NCBI GenBank assembly: GCA_963844035.1
Contig: CAWJMT010000004.1
Span: 192,001-256,000, forward strand
DNA from: an uncultured Gemmatimonadales bacterium
GTDB taxonomy: Bacteria > Gemmatimonadota > Gemmatimonadetes > Gemmatimonadales > GWC2-71-9
Direction: 5' to 3'
DNA: 64,000 bases
A program made the translations under genes and the position numbers. Every line of letters begins with the position of its first letter. The stretch's first letter is position 1. Under the pieces are notes generated by a model. That model saw only the letters and a list, made by a program, of their open reading frames with translations, was not told where the DNA came from and ran no database searches. This document shows positions 31,859-43,814 of the stretch, in pieces.

Positions 31859-32317
31859 GTGGACCTCAATCTGCTCAAGCATGCGGCCATCTTCAAAGAC
31901 CTCGACGAAGGTGAGCTGGCTCGAGTGTCCGAGGTATGCCGCGAGCAGCGGTTCTCCCTGGGACAGCACATCTTCAAAGAGGGCGAGGCCGGCAACCGCC
32001 TCTTCATTATTGCGTCTGGGGAAGTACGGATCTCCCGGACGATCCCGGGCTCCGGTGAGGAGGCGCTCGCGGTGCTCAAGCCCGGCGCCTGCTTCGGCGA
32101 GATGTCCATTTTCGACCGCTCGGAGCGCTCCACCGACGCGATCGCCAACACCGCCTGCATCCTGACCACCATCTCCCGCTCCGATTTCGAGCTGCTCCTC
32201 GACTTCAATCGCGACATCGCGTACAAGATCCTCTGGTGCGTCGTGCGGCTGCTCTCCGCCCGGTTGCGGGTGACGAACGACAACCTGCGATCGTTCCTCG
32301 CGATGTCCATGTTCTAG
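31859..32317 (+). CDS. Cyclic-nucleotide-binding domain protein
   Basis: IFKEGE, FGEMS..D...RS cNMP-binding motif; no HTH. Confidence 0.9.
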   Translation: MDLNLLKHAAIFKDLDEGELARVSEVCREQRFSLGQHIFKEGEAGNRLFIIASGEVRISRTIPGSGEEALAVLKPGACFGEMSIFDRSERSTDAIANTACILTTISRSDFELLLDFNRDIAYKILWCVVRLLSARLRVTNDNLRSFLAMSMF

Positions 32318-32323
32318 GATGGA

Positions 32324-32717
32324 GTGCCCATGAACGGGTTGGCCCCGTATGCCGCGTTCATCATGCGTCTCGCCGTCGGGGGCGTCTTCCTGACCCACGG
32401 GATCGCCAAGTTCCACGACCGGCCTCCCCGCGGTCGCGGGATCCCTGCACGGGATGCATGTCCCGTTCGCGTCGCTCTTCGCGCTCGTGATCACCGCGGT
32501 CGAGACGCTGGGCGCGGCCTGCGTCCTGCTCGGGATCTTCACACGGTTCTGGGCGGCGTGCATGGCGGTCGAGATGATAGTCGCTGTGGCGGCGGTGAAG
32601 TTCCCGCAGAGGGGCAACATCGAGCTCGAAGCGCTGCTGCTGGCGGGCGCCGTCGCGCTGGTCGCCCTGGGGGACGGACCGCTCAGCATCGCGATCGGTT
32701 TGAAGCGCCGCGGCTAG
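32324..32717 (+). CDS. DoxX family membrane protein (frameshift near 32420)
   Basis: RLAVGGVFLTHGIAK then E..G...LLG.FTR in a second frame. Confidence 0.85.
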
Positions 32718-32728
32718 GCGGCGCGGGA

Positions 32729-33848
32729 TCAGTTCAGGATGCGCAGCAGCCCGGCCTCGGCGCTTCCCTTGATGAAGCTTTCCGGATCGGTGGCGGGGAT
32801 CGCGATCCCCGTTTGCCGCCGCCCGCGGCGCGCGCTGGCGGCCATGTAGTCCTCGAGTGAGCCGTCGGCCCACTCGGCAGCGTCGTCTTTCATCTGCCAC
32901 ACGATTTCTTCCCACGTGCCGACATACGTCACGCCGGTCGGTGTGCTCACCCGGTGGATCTCTCCCGCCCCGGAGCGCGTGCGCATCCCTTTGAGCTCGG
33001 TGAGCAGCGTGCCGAACAGCTCGAGCTGGCGGGGATCGCGAACCTGGCCGTCGGGCCCTGTGGCCTCGATTTCCGCCAGCATCAGCTCGTCCGGGTCGTC
33101 GACGGCGGCCAGATCTTCGAGACGCCGGTGCCACGGGACCAGCTCGGGGTCATTCTCCGCCAGGCGGTAGACCGTCTTTTTCAGCTCGATCAGGCGCCAG
33201 ATCGCCAGTCCGTCGAAGTGGTCGTCCGGCTCGGTACGCTCCAGGTGGAACAGCGCCGCCTCGTACTCCCCACGGTCGTAGAGCAGGTTGGCCAGATAGA
33301 CGCGTGACTCCCCGTGACTCGCATCGAGCTCGAGCGCCTTGCGCAGTGAAGCGAGCGCCCCCGGCTCGTCCCCCAGCCGGTGCGCCGCGTATCCCACGCA
33401 GGCGGCCCCGTCCGCCGACTCCGGGTGCGCGGCGGCGGCCACCTCGAAGAAACGGCGCGCGTGGTCGAGCACCCCTTCCCGGAACAATGCCCGTCCCACC
33501 TGAAGCATCAGATCGTGATCGTCGTGGAATCCCAGCTCCAGGATGCGGTCGAAACAACCCACCGCCGCGGTGCGCTCGCCGAGCTTGAGCAGCACCTCGC
33601 CGTAGACCGGCGATCACATCTTCGTGGTCAGGGTCGAGTCCGAGCGCGTCGCCGAATGCCCTGCGCGCCCACGCGTATTCCTCGCGGGCGAGGCGCGCGT
33701 ATCCCATGCCGACGTGGAGCTCGATGGCGTTCGGGTAGAGCGCCAGTCCCTCCCGCAGTGCCTCGATCGCTTCGTCGTAGCGTGCTTCGTTGTAAAGCTG
33801 ATGTGCTCGTTCGTCGTATTCGTCGGAACTGAGGAACGGGTCCGACAT
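32729..33848 (-). CDS. Tetratricopeptide repeat protein (frameshift near 33605)
   Basis: Multiple TPR helices across ORFs 33150..33848 and 32729..33595. Confidence 0.85.
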
Positions 33849-33933
33849 CGAACGGCCTCCCGGGAAGGTTGTGCTATCATACGAAACGGCGAGCGGTTAC
33901 ACAAGCGATGACCGGTTGCTATGTTGTTCGCTC

Positions 33934-35166
33934 ATGACCACCACGCTCGTCGCGCTCGCCGACGGCTCCGTGACATCCCCACGCGGCTTCACCGCCGCCG
34001 CCGCGTCGGCCGGCCTCAAGGCCGACGGCGCGCTCGACGTTGCACTGCTCGTCAGCGCGACGAGCTGTGCCACCGCCGGCGTCTTCACTCGAAACGCCGT
34101 GCGGGCGGCGCCCGTCACGTACGACGCCGACTTGCTGACCGAACGGCCCGGACGGATCCGGGCCGTCGCGATGAACGCGCGCGTCGCCAACGCGTGCACC
34201 GGCGCACCGGGGCTCGAAGCCGCGCGCGCCATGGCGCAGGCGGCGGAGCAGGCGGCCGCGTTGCCGCCGCGCACCGCCCTGGTGCTCTCCACCGGAGTCA
34301 TCGGCGTGCCGCTCCCGGTCGCACAGGTGACCGACGGGCTGCGCCAGGCCGCCGGCCGGCTCTCGGCAACCGGGGGCATCGACGCAGCCCGCGCGATCAT
34401 GACCACCGACACGCGGGTGAAGCACTGCGCCGTCCGCCTCGACACGCCCCACGGTCCGATCATCGTCGGCGGGATCGCCAAGGGCGCCGGCATGATCCAC
34501 CCCGACCTTGCGACGCTGCTCGCGGTGTTGACCACCGATGCGGTCGCCGAACCCGCGGCGCTGGCGCCGCTGTTCCATCGCGTGGTCGACCGGACGTTCA
34601 ATGCGATTTCGGTGGACGGCGACACCAGCACGAACGACACCGTGTTGCTGCTCGCCGGCGGCGCGTCGGGCGTGGACCCGGCGCGCGACGGCGCCCTCTG
34701 GGTCCAGTTCGAGGAAGCGGTCCTGCTCGTGGCACGGACGCTGGCGCTGGCGATCGTGGCCGACGGGGAGGGTGCGACCAAGATGCTGGAAATCCAGATC
34801 GTGGGAGCGGCCAGCGAGCGGGCGGCGCGCGAGGTCGGGCGGGCGATCGCGCGCTCGGCGCTGGTCAAAACGGCGATCTTTGGCGCCGATCCCAACTGGG
34901 GGCGGGTGCTCGCCGCGGCCGGCGCCGCCGGGGTCCCGCTGGCGGCGGATCGCCTGAGCCTCCAGGCAGCTGGGAACGGTGAATGGATCACCCTCGCCAC
35001 CGGCGGCGCCACCGCCCACCCGGATCCCGTCCAAGCCCGCGCCGTGTTCGAGCAAAAAGCCATCCGCCTCCGACTCGACCTTGGCGTCGGTCGAGCGGAG
35101 GCGGTGGTGTGGACCTGCGACTTGACCCCGGACTACATCAGGATCAACGCCGACTATACGTCGTAG
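33934..35166 (+). CDS. argJ: Bifunctional ornithine acetyltransferase / N-acetylglutamate synthase
   Basis: STGVIG, IMTTD, KGAGMIHPDLAT, DGDTSTND, DGEGATK, INADY.S. Confidence 0.97.
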   Translation: MTTTLVALADGSVTSPRGFTAAAASAGLKADGALDVALLVSATSCATAGVFTRNAVRAAPVTYDADLLTERPGRIRAVAMNARVANACTGAPGLEAARAMAQAAEQAAALPPRTALVLSTGVIGVPLPVAQVTDGLRQAAGRLSATGGIDAARAIMTTDTRVKHCAVRLDTPHGPIIVGGIAKGAGMIHPDLATLLAVLTTDAVAEPAALAPLFHRVVDRTFNAISVDGDTSTNDTVLLLAGGASGVDPARDGALWVQFEEAVLLVARTLALAIVADGEGATKMLEIQIVGAASERAAREVGRAIARSALVKTAIFGADPNWGRVLAAAGAAGVPLAADRLSLQAAGNGEWITLATGGATAHPDPVQARAVFEQKAIRLRLDLGVGRAEAVVWTCDLTPDYIRINADYTS

Positions 35167-35168
35167 CC

Positions 35169-35369
35169 CTACTTGCCGCTGTCATGCGGTGCAGCCTTGG
35201 GCGCCGCCGGTTTGGCGGTCTTCTCGGGGTGCGAGCTTTTCTTGTTCGAGTGCTTCTTGGTCTTCGCCGAGTCGGGGTGCTGCGTAATAACCGTGGTGTG
35301 TGACGGCTCGGCTGCCACGAGCGCCGGAACAGCGACCAGGGCAGCGACCAGCATGATGCGATAGAGCAT
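35169..35369 (-). CDS. Small secreted Lys/His-rich protein
   Basis: Signal peptide followed by a low-complexity basic tail; RBS GGAGG. Confidence 0.65.
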   Translation of the reverse strand: MLYRIMLVAALVAVPALVAAEPSHTTVITQHPDSAKTKKHSNKKSSHPEKTAKPAAPKAAPHDSGK

Positions 35370-35456
35370 GGTGTGGTACCTCCCGAGGAAATTGTGAATG
35401 GGAGACCCGAATTAGCTCGCCGCCGTCACGCTCGGTCCCGCGTTGGAACACGCGAC

Positions 35457-36122
35457 CTACGGTTTGTGCGCGCTCACCGGGGGCCGTCGCGCACCCTCGA
35501 CCGCTGACTGCGCGGGCGGCGGCGGTGCCGGCACATTCGGCAGCTCCGCCCGCACCCGCGCCAGCGCCTCCGTGTGGGTGCGCCCCCGCTGCAGCTCCTG
35601 GATGGCAGCACCCGATACATCGAGCAGCCGCAAGCCGTGCACACCCTCCCCGACCGCCCCGAGGATCAGGTCCGCCGCGGAGTCCGGGGTGAATCCGTGG
35701 GCTACCAGATCGGCGAGCGCGTGGAACGCGGAGCTCCGCGGCTGGCCCGGGAGGGCGGAGACCACGCGCTCGACCATGGCGGGTGTCAGCCCGCGCTTGA
35801 GCGCCCACGTCACGGCGGTCACTTCGACGGTCGTGACCGGCGGGGCGTCGCCGGCCCGGACCAGCAGGGCGCGCGCGCTGCGCAGTTGCTCGATGTCGAG
35901 CGCCACCGCCTTGGCGATCAAGTCGGCCGGGATTTGCTTCGTGCCTCCCTCGATCGCCTTCTGAATGAGCGGCTCCGTTGGAAGACTCTCCGCGGCGGCA
36001 ACTCCGATAGCCGAGTCGAGGAAGGGGATGCTCGCCGCCGGCACGCGCCCTTCGAGGCGTGACCGGACGGACTGCCCCATGAGGGGCGACGCAACGCAGA
36101 GCAGCACCAGCGCCAGCCTCAT
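35457..36122 (-). CDS. Secreted hypothetical protein
   Basis: MRLALVLLCVASPLMG signal peptide; start overlaps the stop of the CBM48 gene. Confidence 0.7.
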   Translation of the reverse strand: MRLALVLLCVASPLMGQSVRSRLEGRVPAASIPFLDSAIGVAAAESLPTEPLIQKAIEGGTKQIPADLIAKAVALDIEQLRSARALLVRAGDAPPVTTVEVTAVTWALKRGLTPAMVERVVSALPGQPRSSAFHALADLVAHGFTPDSAADLILGAVGEGVHGLRLLDVSGAAIQELQRGRTHTEALARVRAELPNVPAPPPPAQSAVEGARRPPVSAHKP

Positions 36123-36724
36123 TGCGAGAGCGGCCGTACGATCAACAGGGAGTTCTGACGGCCAAAACCATCCGCGACGAATCGCCCGGCGAGTGGATCG
36201 ACCACCCATCGTTCGCCATCGACCACGAACATGTACTCGTGGGTCCCTTCCGGGAGGACGACCGCCGCGCGCCACACGCCGTCGTGGTCCCGGTCTTCGA
36301 GCGGGAGTGAGGCGGGGCCCCAATCGTTGAACGAGCCCACAACGTGCACCGACCGGGCGCCGGGGAACCGCCCGACAAATTGGGCGACCCCTTCCGCGTC
36401 GCCGAGGTGGAGGCCCGACTCGGTGGTGGGCAGAACGGCAAGCAACAGGATGGCCGCGACGAGACCCAGGCTCCACACCGGCCGCATCCGAAGCACCACC
36501 GCGTGGGGCCTGACCGCCCAGCGCAGCAGCCGCTGGCCCGCGGACGTTGCGGGGCGCTGGATCGCGGCCATCACGCGCTGCTCGACGCTTCCCGCCACGC
36601 GCGTGGCGAGTAGCTCCGCCGCCCGGCCCAGCTGGTCGGCGTCGTGGCGATGCTCCGCGGCCAGCATGGCCGGCGGAATTTCGCCGTCCAACACCTTGTG
36701 GATCGTCGGATCGATCGGATTCAC
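36119..36724 (-). CDS. Putative anti-sigma factor with C-terminal CBM48 (glycogen-binding) domain
   Basis: N-terminal LDGE anti-sigma-like helix, one TM segment, then ARSVHVVGSFNDW...GVW...HEYMFVVDG.W..DP. Confidence 0.8.
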   Translation of the reverse strand: MNPIDPTIHKVLDGEIPPAMLAAEHRHDADQLGRAAELLATRVAGSVEQRVMAAIQRPATSAGQRLLRWAVRPHAVVLRMRPVWSLGLVAAILLLAVLPTTESGLHLGDAEGVAQFVGRFPGARSVHVVGSFNDWGPASLPLEDRDHDGVWRAAVVLPEGTHEYMFVVDGERWVVDPLAGRFVADGFGRQNSLLIVRPLSQ

Positions 36725-37269
36725 TCGTACTCCTTCAGCGCTTCGAGCAGCGCTTCGCGCGCGCGATGCACGCGCATCTTGAGCGTGGGGATCCGCTCCC
36801 CGGTCGCCGCAGCCATTTCTTCGTAACTCAGTCCCTCGACGTGTTTGAGGAGGAACGCTTCGCGTTTCTCCGGTGACAGCGTCATCAGCGCCCGCTCGAC
36901 CAGGGCCAGCTCCTCCGCCCGCTCGAGCGCCGCCTCGGTGTCCGCCGGGTCCGCCACCGGTGGCGCGTCATCGAGCGGTATGTCGCCCGTCGGCCGCAGC
37001 GCCAAGTGACTCTTGCACCGGTTCGCCACGATCCGGTAGAGCCACGTTCTGAGGCGCGCGGGATCACGGCAGCTGGCAAGGTGGCGATAGGCCCGGACGA
37101 GACCCTCCGCGACGGCATCCTCCGCGGCGTCCTGGCTGCCGAGCATCCGCGTGGCGTAGCGCAACAAGCCCGGCTCGTAGCGGCGAATCAGCAGGCCGAA
37201 CGCCTCCTGCTCACCGCTCAGAACCCTCGCCACGATCTCGGCGTCCGACGGCCCTTCACTTACGTCCAT
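36721..37269 (-). CDS. ECF RNA polymerase sigma factor
   Basis: AEDAV, WLYRIVAN, LSYEEMA, KMRVHRAR. Confidence 0.93.
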   Translation of the reverse strand: MDVSEGPSDAEIVARVLSGEQEAFGLLIRRYEPGLLRYATRMLGSQDAAEDAVAEGLVRAYRHLASCRDPARLRTWLYRIVANRCKSHLALRPTGDIPLDDAPPVADPADTEAALERAEELALVERALMTLSPEKREAFLLKHVEGLSYEEMAAATGERIPTLKMRVHRAREALLEALKEYE

Positions 37270-37382
37270 GAGACCTGCATCGGGAGCAAGGCGTCACGCT
37301 ACATCCCCGTCGCGGTACCGCGCCAGGGCGGGCGCCTCATGCGCGCACAGGTCCGCGCGTTGCCGGGGGGAACAGTGGGACC

Positions 37383-38910
37383 TTAGGGAAGGGGCAAGAC
37401 CGATTGCGCCACGGCGAGGTAGCTCGAGGCCCGGATCTCATCCCCGGCTCGCATCCCCGCGAACGCTTCCAGGGTGGCTTCGGCCCGGCGACGATACGCG
37501 GGCTCCCCTGTCGCGTCGGCGAGCTGGAGCAGCATGCGCGCCGCCCACGCGTTCGCGCCCGGGAGCAGGTCGTCCCAGATCGGCTTGAGCCGGTCGGCGA
37601 GTGCCGGCGCCGCCACAGCGGTTTGCGGCGTGTCGAAGTAGCCGCCCGTAGGGTCGGCGAAATCGCGCGCGAGAATCATGGCCAGGTCTTCGGCCACCGC
37701 GAGGTAGCGCACCGACCCCGTCGCCCCGTACGCGGCGAGGGAGGCGCTGGCAACATGCACCTGATCCTGGAGCAGTGCCCCGGCCGCGCCGTCCCCGCCG
37801 ACCACGTGCCGCACGCCCCGTCCGCGCACGTACGCATGCCGGAGCAGCGTGTCGAGCGCGCCGAGAGCGTGCGCCGGCGCCACCGAGTCGTCTACCGCGA
37901 GCGACGCCTCGAGCACCGCCTCGATCACGTACGCTTCGCGGTCGGCGAACACGGGTTGGTCCTTGGCACGGCCCACCTTCGGCTCGAGCGAGTGCAGCAT
38001 GCGGCGCGCCGCGTCGCGATAGCGCGGCTCCCCGGCGAACACCCAGCCGACGGCCAGATTCCGCAGCATCCCCGCGCGGGCCACGCCCTGCGGCTCGTGG
38101 CGCTCACTCGTGGCGGCGACCGCCGCGCCCGAATCCGCAAGGAAGTCGAGCACGCCGCGCGCTACCGCCAGGCCGCTCGTGTCCCCTCCGCGCGCGGCCG
38201 CGGCAAACAGCAGCACAGCCGCGGGGCTGTCCAGTAGCCCGCTGAGCGACGCGCGCCCCGCCAGGGCCTCCGCCAGGGCGACGCGTACCCGCTCAATTCC
38301 CGCCCCGACCGCGCGCGGCTGCGAGCACTCCGTGCGCCCCGACCTCACCCTGGTACGCCAACTGTTGCACCAGGGCCGCCTGGCGCACGACGAAGAGCCG
38401 GTTCTGCGCGAAGCTCCGAGCCACCTCGGGGAGGATCTGCTTGATGCCGCGGCCGGTGAGGGGATCGTCCGCAGGAAAGTAGGTACCGCCAAAGAACGCC
38501 AAACCCTCCGGCGTGAGAAACACCGTGAGGGGGTAGCCGCGCAAACCCGTCAGCAGAGTTACCGCGTTCTGGTAGCGGCGGGCGATCTCGGGGTGCTCGT
38601 CGCGATCGAGGCGAACCGGCACGAAGAGCGAATCGATCACCGCGGCGAGCGTGGCGTTGGCAAAGGTCTCGCGATCCATCGCGGCGCACCAGCGGCAATC
38701 CTCGGCGGCGATATACAGCAGAATGGGTCGATCCAGGCGGGCCGCCAATGAGAAGACTTCCCGGCCCCACGCCTGCCAGCTCACCGGCTCGCGCGCCGCG
38801 CGGGCCAGGTAGCGGGTGTTCGACTGCGCCATCTGGTTTGTGAGCTTACCGCGCTCGGCCACGCAGGCGAGCGCACATGGCAGCAGCGCGAGAACGGCTA
38901 GCGGGCGCAT
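37383..38910 (-). CDS. Thioredoxin-domain (DUF255/YyaL-like) protein, probably a lipoprotein (frameshift near 38300)
   Basis: PVSWQAWG, CRWC, DRDEHPEI, G.PLTVFLTP...FFGGTYFP; alpha-barrel C-terminus (FADPTGGYFDT). Confidence 0.8.
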
Positions 38911-39011
38911 GGTAGCGGAGGTTCACATACCCGAGCGATCGACAGCCCGTTCCGTCTCGCGTTCATTTCTGCTCTTGGTCCTTGGGGCGCCCAAGTAGTA
39001 CTTTCCCCCCC

Positions 39012-39257
39012 ATGAGCGAATCTCCCCTGATTATCACCGTGAAGCCGAACGGCCCCCTGGTCGTCCAGGGCATAGTCCCGGTCATGACCCTCGACGGCCG
39101 GGATCTGCCGGTCCCCCCCCGAAAGGACGGTCGGCCGGCGGAAGTCGTTGTCCTGTGCCGATGTGGAGGGTCTGCCATCAAGCCGTTTTGTGACGGAACT
39201 CACAAACGGAACGGGTTTTCCGACGCCCCTGCCGTTGACCCGGCTCCCACAGGCTGA
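39012..39257 (+). CDS. CDGSH iron-sulfur domain protein
   Basis: LCRCGGSAIKPFCDGTH. Confidence 0.92.
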   Translation: MSESPLIITVKPNGPLVVQGIVPVMTLDGRDLPVPPRKDGRPAEVVVLCRCGGSAIKPFCDGTHKRNGFSDAPAVDPAPTG

Positions 39258-39365
39258 GCACGGCGTATTATGTTGTGACCGTCTTTGGGGGGGGCGGTTA
39301 CCGCGGAGCGAGGCAACCCCCGACTCGCCCTGCCCCCTGCCCCCTGCCCCTAACGGAGGAGTGAT

Positions 39366-39542
39366 ATGGCGAAGGCTGGAAAGACTCCGATGGCTGCGGA
39401 TGAGGGCTATTGCGTCAAATGCAAGGCAAAGCGCACCGTCTCGAATGGGCAGGTCGTGAAGATGGCGAACGGCCGGCCAGCACTGAAGGGCGTATGCCCC
39501 GTGTGCGGCACCGGCATGTTTAAGATCCTGCCGCCGAAGTAA
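39366..39542 (+). CDS. DUF5679-like small zinc-ribbon protein (58 aa)
   Basis: Manual translation: ...YCVKCKAKR...MANGRPALKGVCPVCGTGMFKI; RBS GGAGGAG. Confidence 0.8.
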   Translation: MAKAGKTPMAADEGYCVKCKAKRTVSNGQVVKMANGRPALKGVCPVCGTGMFKILPPK

Positions 39543-39564
39543 GGCTCCGACCCAACTGCGTCGT

Positions 39565-39598
39565 CGAAGCCCCCGGCCGTTTCGCGCCGGGGGCTTCG
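39565..39598. terminator. Bidirectional terminator hairpin
   Basis: CGAAGCCCCCGGC...GCCGGGGGCTTCG between convergent genes. Confidence 0.7.
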
Positions 39599-40181
39599 TC
39601 ATTTCACCCGGCGGCTCCCATCTCCCTGATAGGCATAGCGGAACGTCAGGCACGCGGTGCCCCCATCCTTGCAGTAGTAGGCGAGGAGCTCGAGCTTGGC
39701 GTACTTGCCCTGCGGCGTGCGCAGCCCATAGACGTGATGCTTGGACATCAGCAGATGGCTGAGCATGCTGTACTCATACCACTTCCCCACGGCGGGATTG
39801 GTCGAGTCCCCTACCACGGGGTTGGGTACGTAGCCCAGCCTCCGGAAGCTCGACTACCGAGTCGAAGGGCACCATGCCCAGATCGACCATGCCCCCGCCC
39901 GGTCCGGTAATCACGTGAAACCGCCGAAAGGCAACGTCCCAGGGTCCGAGTCTCACGACGGCGGACCGCTCGAAGTCGAAGTGGCGCCACCGATCGGTCG
40001 CGGCCGCGTCGAGCGTGTACGTAGCCGGGCCCACCAGCGTGTCGCCCACGACGACCTCGGTGGCGGACGCTCAGCGTGTAGGGCGGCAGCTCGGGCTTCA
40101 CGAACGAGCCGATGATGAGGGCGCCGACCAGGAGCAGGAACGCCGCCGCCATCGCGAGAACCAGGATCGGGGGGCGCCGGC

Positions 40182-40185
<4 letters not shown>
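39599..40185 (-). CDS. HmuY-family protein (frameshifted)
   Basis: W.HFDF, WDVAFRRF, WYEY...HLL and YGLRT..GKYAKL..L.YY motifs across three ORFs. Confidence 0.75.
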
Positions 40186-41810
<1,625 letters not shown>

Positions 41811-41875
41811 ACGCGTGCAATCTTAATCGTTCCAGGCCGCCGGCGTACGGTACGGAACCCGACATTGTTCAGGGA

Positions 41876-42355
41876 GTGATGACCATCGACCCCAAGACCC
41901 GCATCGGGCATGTGCACCTCACCGTGTCCGACCTCGAGCGCGCGCTGGTGTTCTATCGCGATGCACTCGGGTTCGAGGTAACCTCGCGCTACGGACCGGA
42001 CGCTGTATTCCTCTCGGCGGGCGGCTATCACCACCACATCGGCCTGAACACCTGGGCCGGCCGCGGTGCCCCTCAACCGGCCCGAGGAACGACGGGCCTG
42101 TATCACTTCGCGGTCCTCTATCCGGACCGGGGCGCGCTCGCGCGCGCGGTGCGCCGCGCGCTGGACCATGGGGTGCGGCTGGAGGGCGCTGCCGATCACG
42201 GCGTGAGCGAAGCGGTGTACCTCAGGGATCCCGACGGAAATGGCGTGGAGTTGTATCGCGACCGTCCCGACCGCGAGTGGCCGCGTGCGCCCGATGGCAG
42301 CCTCACCATGCACACGCTCCCACTCGATCTGCAGGCGCTGCTGTCGGAGGTGTAG
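41876..42355 (+). CDS. VOC family protein (CatE-like)
   Basis: IGHVHL, GGYHHHIGLNTW, DHGVSEAVYLRDPDGNGVELY. Confidence 0.92.
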   Translation: MMTIDPKTRIGHVHLTVSDLERALVFYRDALGFEVTSRYGPDAVFLSAGGYHHHIGLNTWAGRGAPQPARGTTGLYHFAVLYPDRGALARAVRRALDHGVRLEGAADHGVSEAVYLRDPDGNGVELYRDRPDREWPRAPDGSLTMHTLPLDLQALLSEV

Positions 42356-42369
42356 ACGGGACCGGGGCC

Positions 42370-43527
42370 TCAGGCGGGGGCGCCGGACGGCGGCTGCCGT
42401 CCGGATGGGCCCTCTGGTGAGCGCTGGGCGGGGATCGGCAGCGTGACGGTAACGGTGGTGCCCACGTCCACGACCGATTCCACGTTAATCGTCCCGCCGA
42501 ACATGTTCTGCACCACATCCTGCACCAGCGTCAGCCCCATCCCGGCGCCCTCGCCGAAGCCCTTCGTGGTGAATCCGGACTCGAACAGCCGCTCGAGGCT
42601 CATCGCCGATATTCCGTGGCCTTCGTCCCGCACGGTGAGTCGCAGCGACAGACCCGCGCGCTCCAGACCGACGCGCACGCCCCCCGGGCGGCCGGCTGAC
42701 GCGTCGGCGGCGTTCCGGATCAGGTTCACCAGCGCGTCGTACAGCGCATTCGGATCGCCCAACAGAAACAGGGGCTCGAGCGCGCCGTCGAGCACGAGCG
42801 ACACGCGATCTTTGAGCACGCGCCCTTCGAGCGTGCAGCAGGACTGTACGACGCGGGTGGCGTCGAACCGCTCCCAGCGGGCGAGCGCGCCGCGCGCTCG
42901 ATCCCTCACCGCGCGCAGGAACTGCATGCCACGGTCGAGGTCTTCCAGCACGTCACCCAGATCGTCCAGCAGCTCAACGCGCCGGCCGACACCCACGTCG
43001 CTGAAGCCGGCAATCGCCTCCATCATGAGCTGCAGCGTCGCGCGCACGGTCGTGAGGCGATTGCCCAGCTCGTGCGCGATGATGCCGGGGAGATTCGTCA
43101 GGTCGCGCAGCGGGTTGACGCCGGCGGGGACCGGCGCCCCGGTCGTGTGCGAGTCGACCAGGCCGACGCACAAGGCGGCGAGCTCGAGGGTCAGGCGCTC
43201 CGGACCCCGCCGCTCGTGCCCACCCGGAGGCGGGGCGGGAGGGCGAACCCGCACGGGCGCGATCACCCAGGCATCGGCACCGTCGGCGCGGCAGCCCACC
43301 CAGCGGCTCCCCTGGAAGATCGGGACGTTCCAGCGCCGCAAGGCGGTGCGTACCTCGTGCGAGCTCACCGGCAGCGCCGGGGAGGTCCCCCACGAGAGGC
43401 GCGGCTCAAGCTCCGCCCGGGCGGACACTTCCCACAACGTCACAGCCCGGCCGCCGAGCGCTACGCTCGCCTGGCGGAGGATCTCCTGTCTGCCCTGGTC
43501 AACAGTTTGCTGTCCGGTCACGCGCAC
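42370..43527 (-). CDS. Sensor histidine kinase (HisKA + HATPase)
   Basis: H-box AHELGN, N-box NLIRNA, DEGHG, FTTK..G.GMGL. Confidence 0.88.
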   Translation of the reverse strand: MRVTGQQTVDQGRQEILRQASVALGGRAVTLWEVSARAELEPRLSWGTSPALPVSSHEVRTALRRWNVPIFQGSRWVGCRADGADAWVIAPVRVRPPAPPPGGHERRGPERLTLELAALCVGLVDSHTTGAPVPAGVNPLRDLTNLPGIIAHELGNRLTTVRATLQLMMEAIAGFSDVGVGRRVELLDDLGDVLEDLDRGMQFLRAVRDRARGALARWERFDATRVVQSCCTLEGRVLKDRVSLVLDGALEPLFLLGDPNALYDALVNLIRNAADASAGRPGGVRVGLERAGLSLRLTVRDEGHGISAMSLERLFESGFTTKGFGEGAGMGLTLVQDVVQNMFGGTINVESVVDVGTTVTVTLPIPAQRSPEGPSGRQPPSGAPA

Positions 43528-43814
43528 TCCGGTCGGTGCGACAGTCCCGCCCGTGGGCCGCGTGCACGTCGTCCGTGGCCTGTGACCATCTATCCCGATT
43601 GTCAGGGGGCGCGCCTACATATTGGGGGATTCCAGGTGGGCGTCAAGCAACGGGTTGCGCCGCGACCACGCCGGCGCAGTGCGCGTTGACACATTCTCGG
43701 GGTACGTCTAGGTTCGGGGACCGAAGCTCAAACCGGCACGCGGGACGGCCCAGCGTGACCGTGCAGGCGAGGCCCGTGATCGGCGCGGGCCCTTTTTTGC
43801 TACCGGGAGGCACC

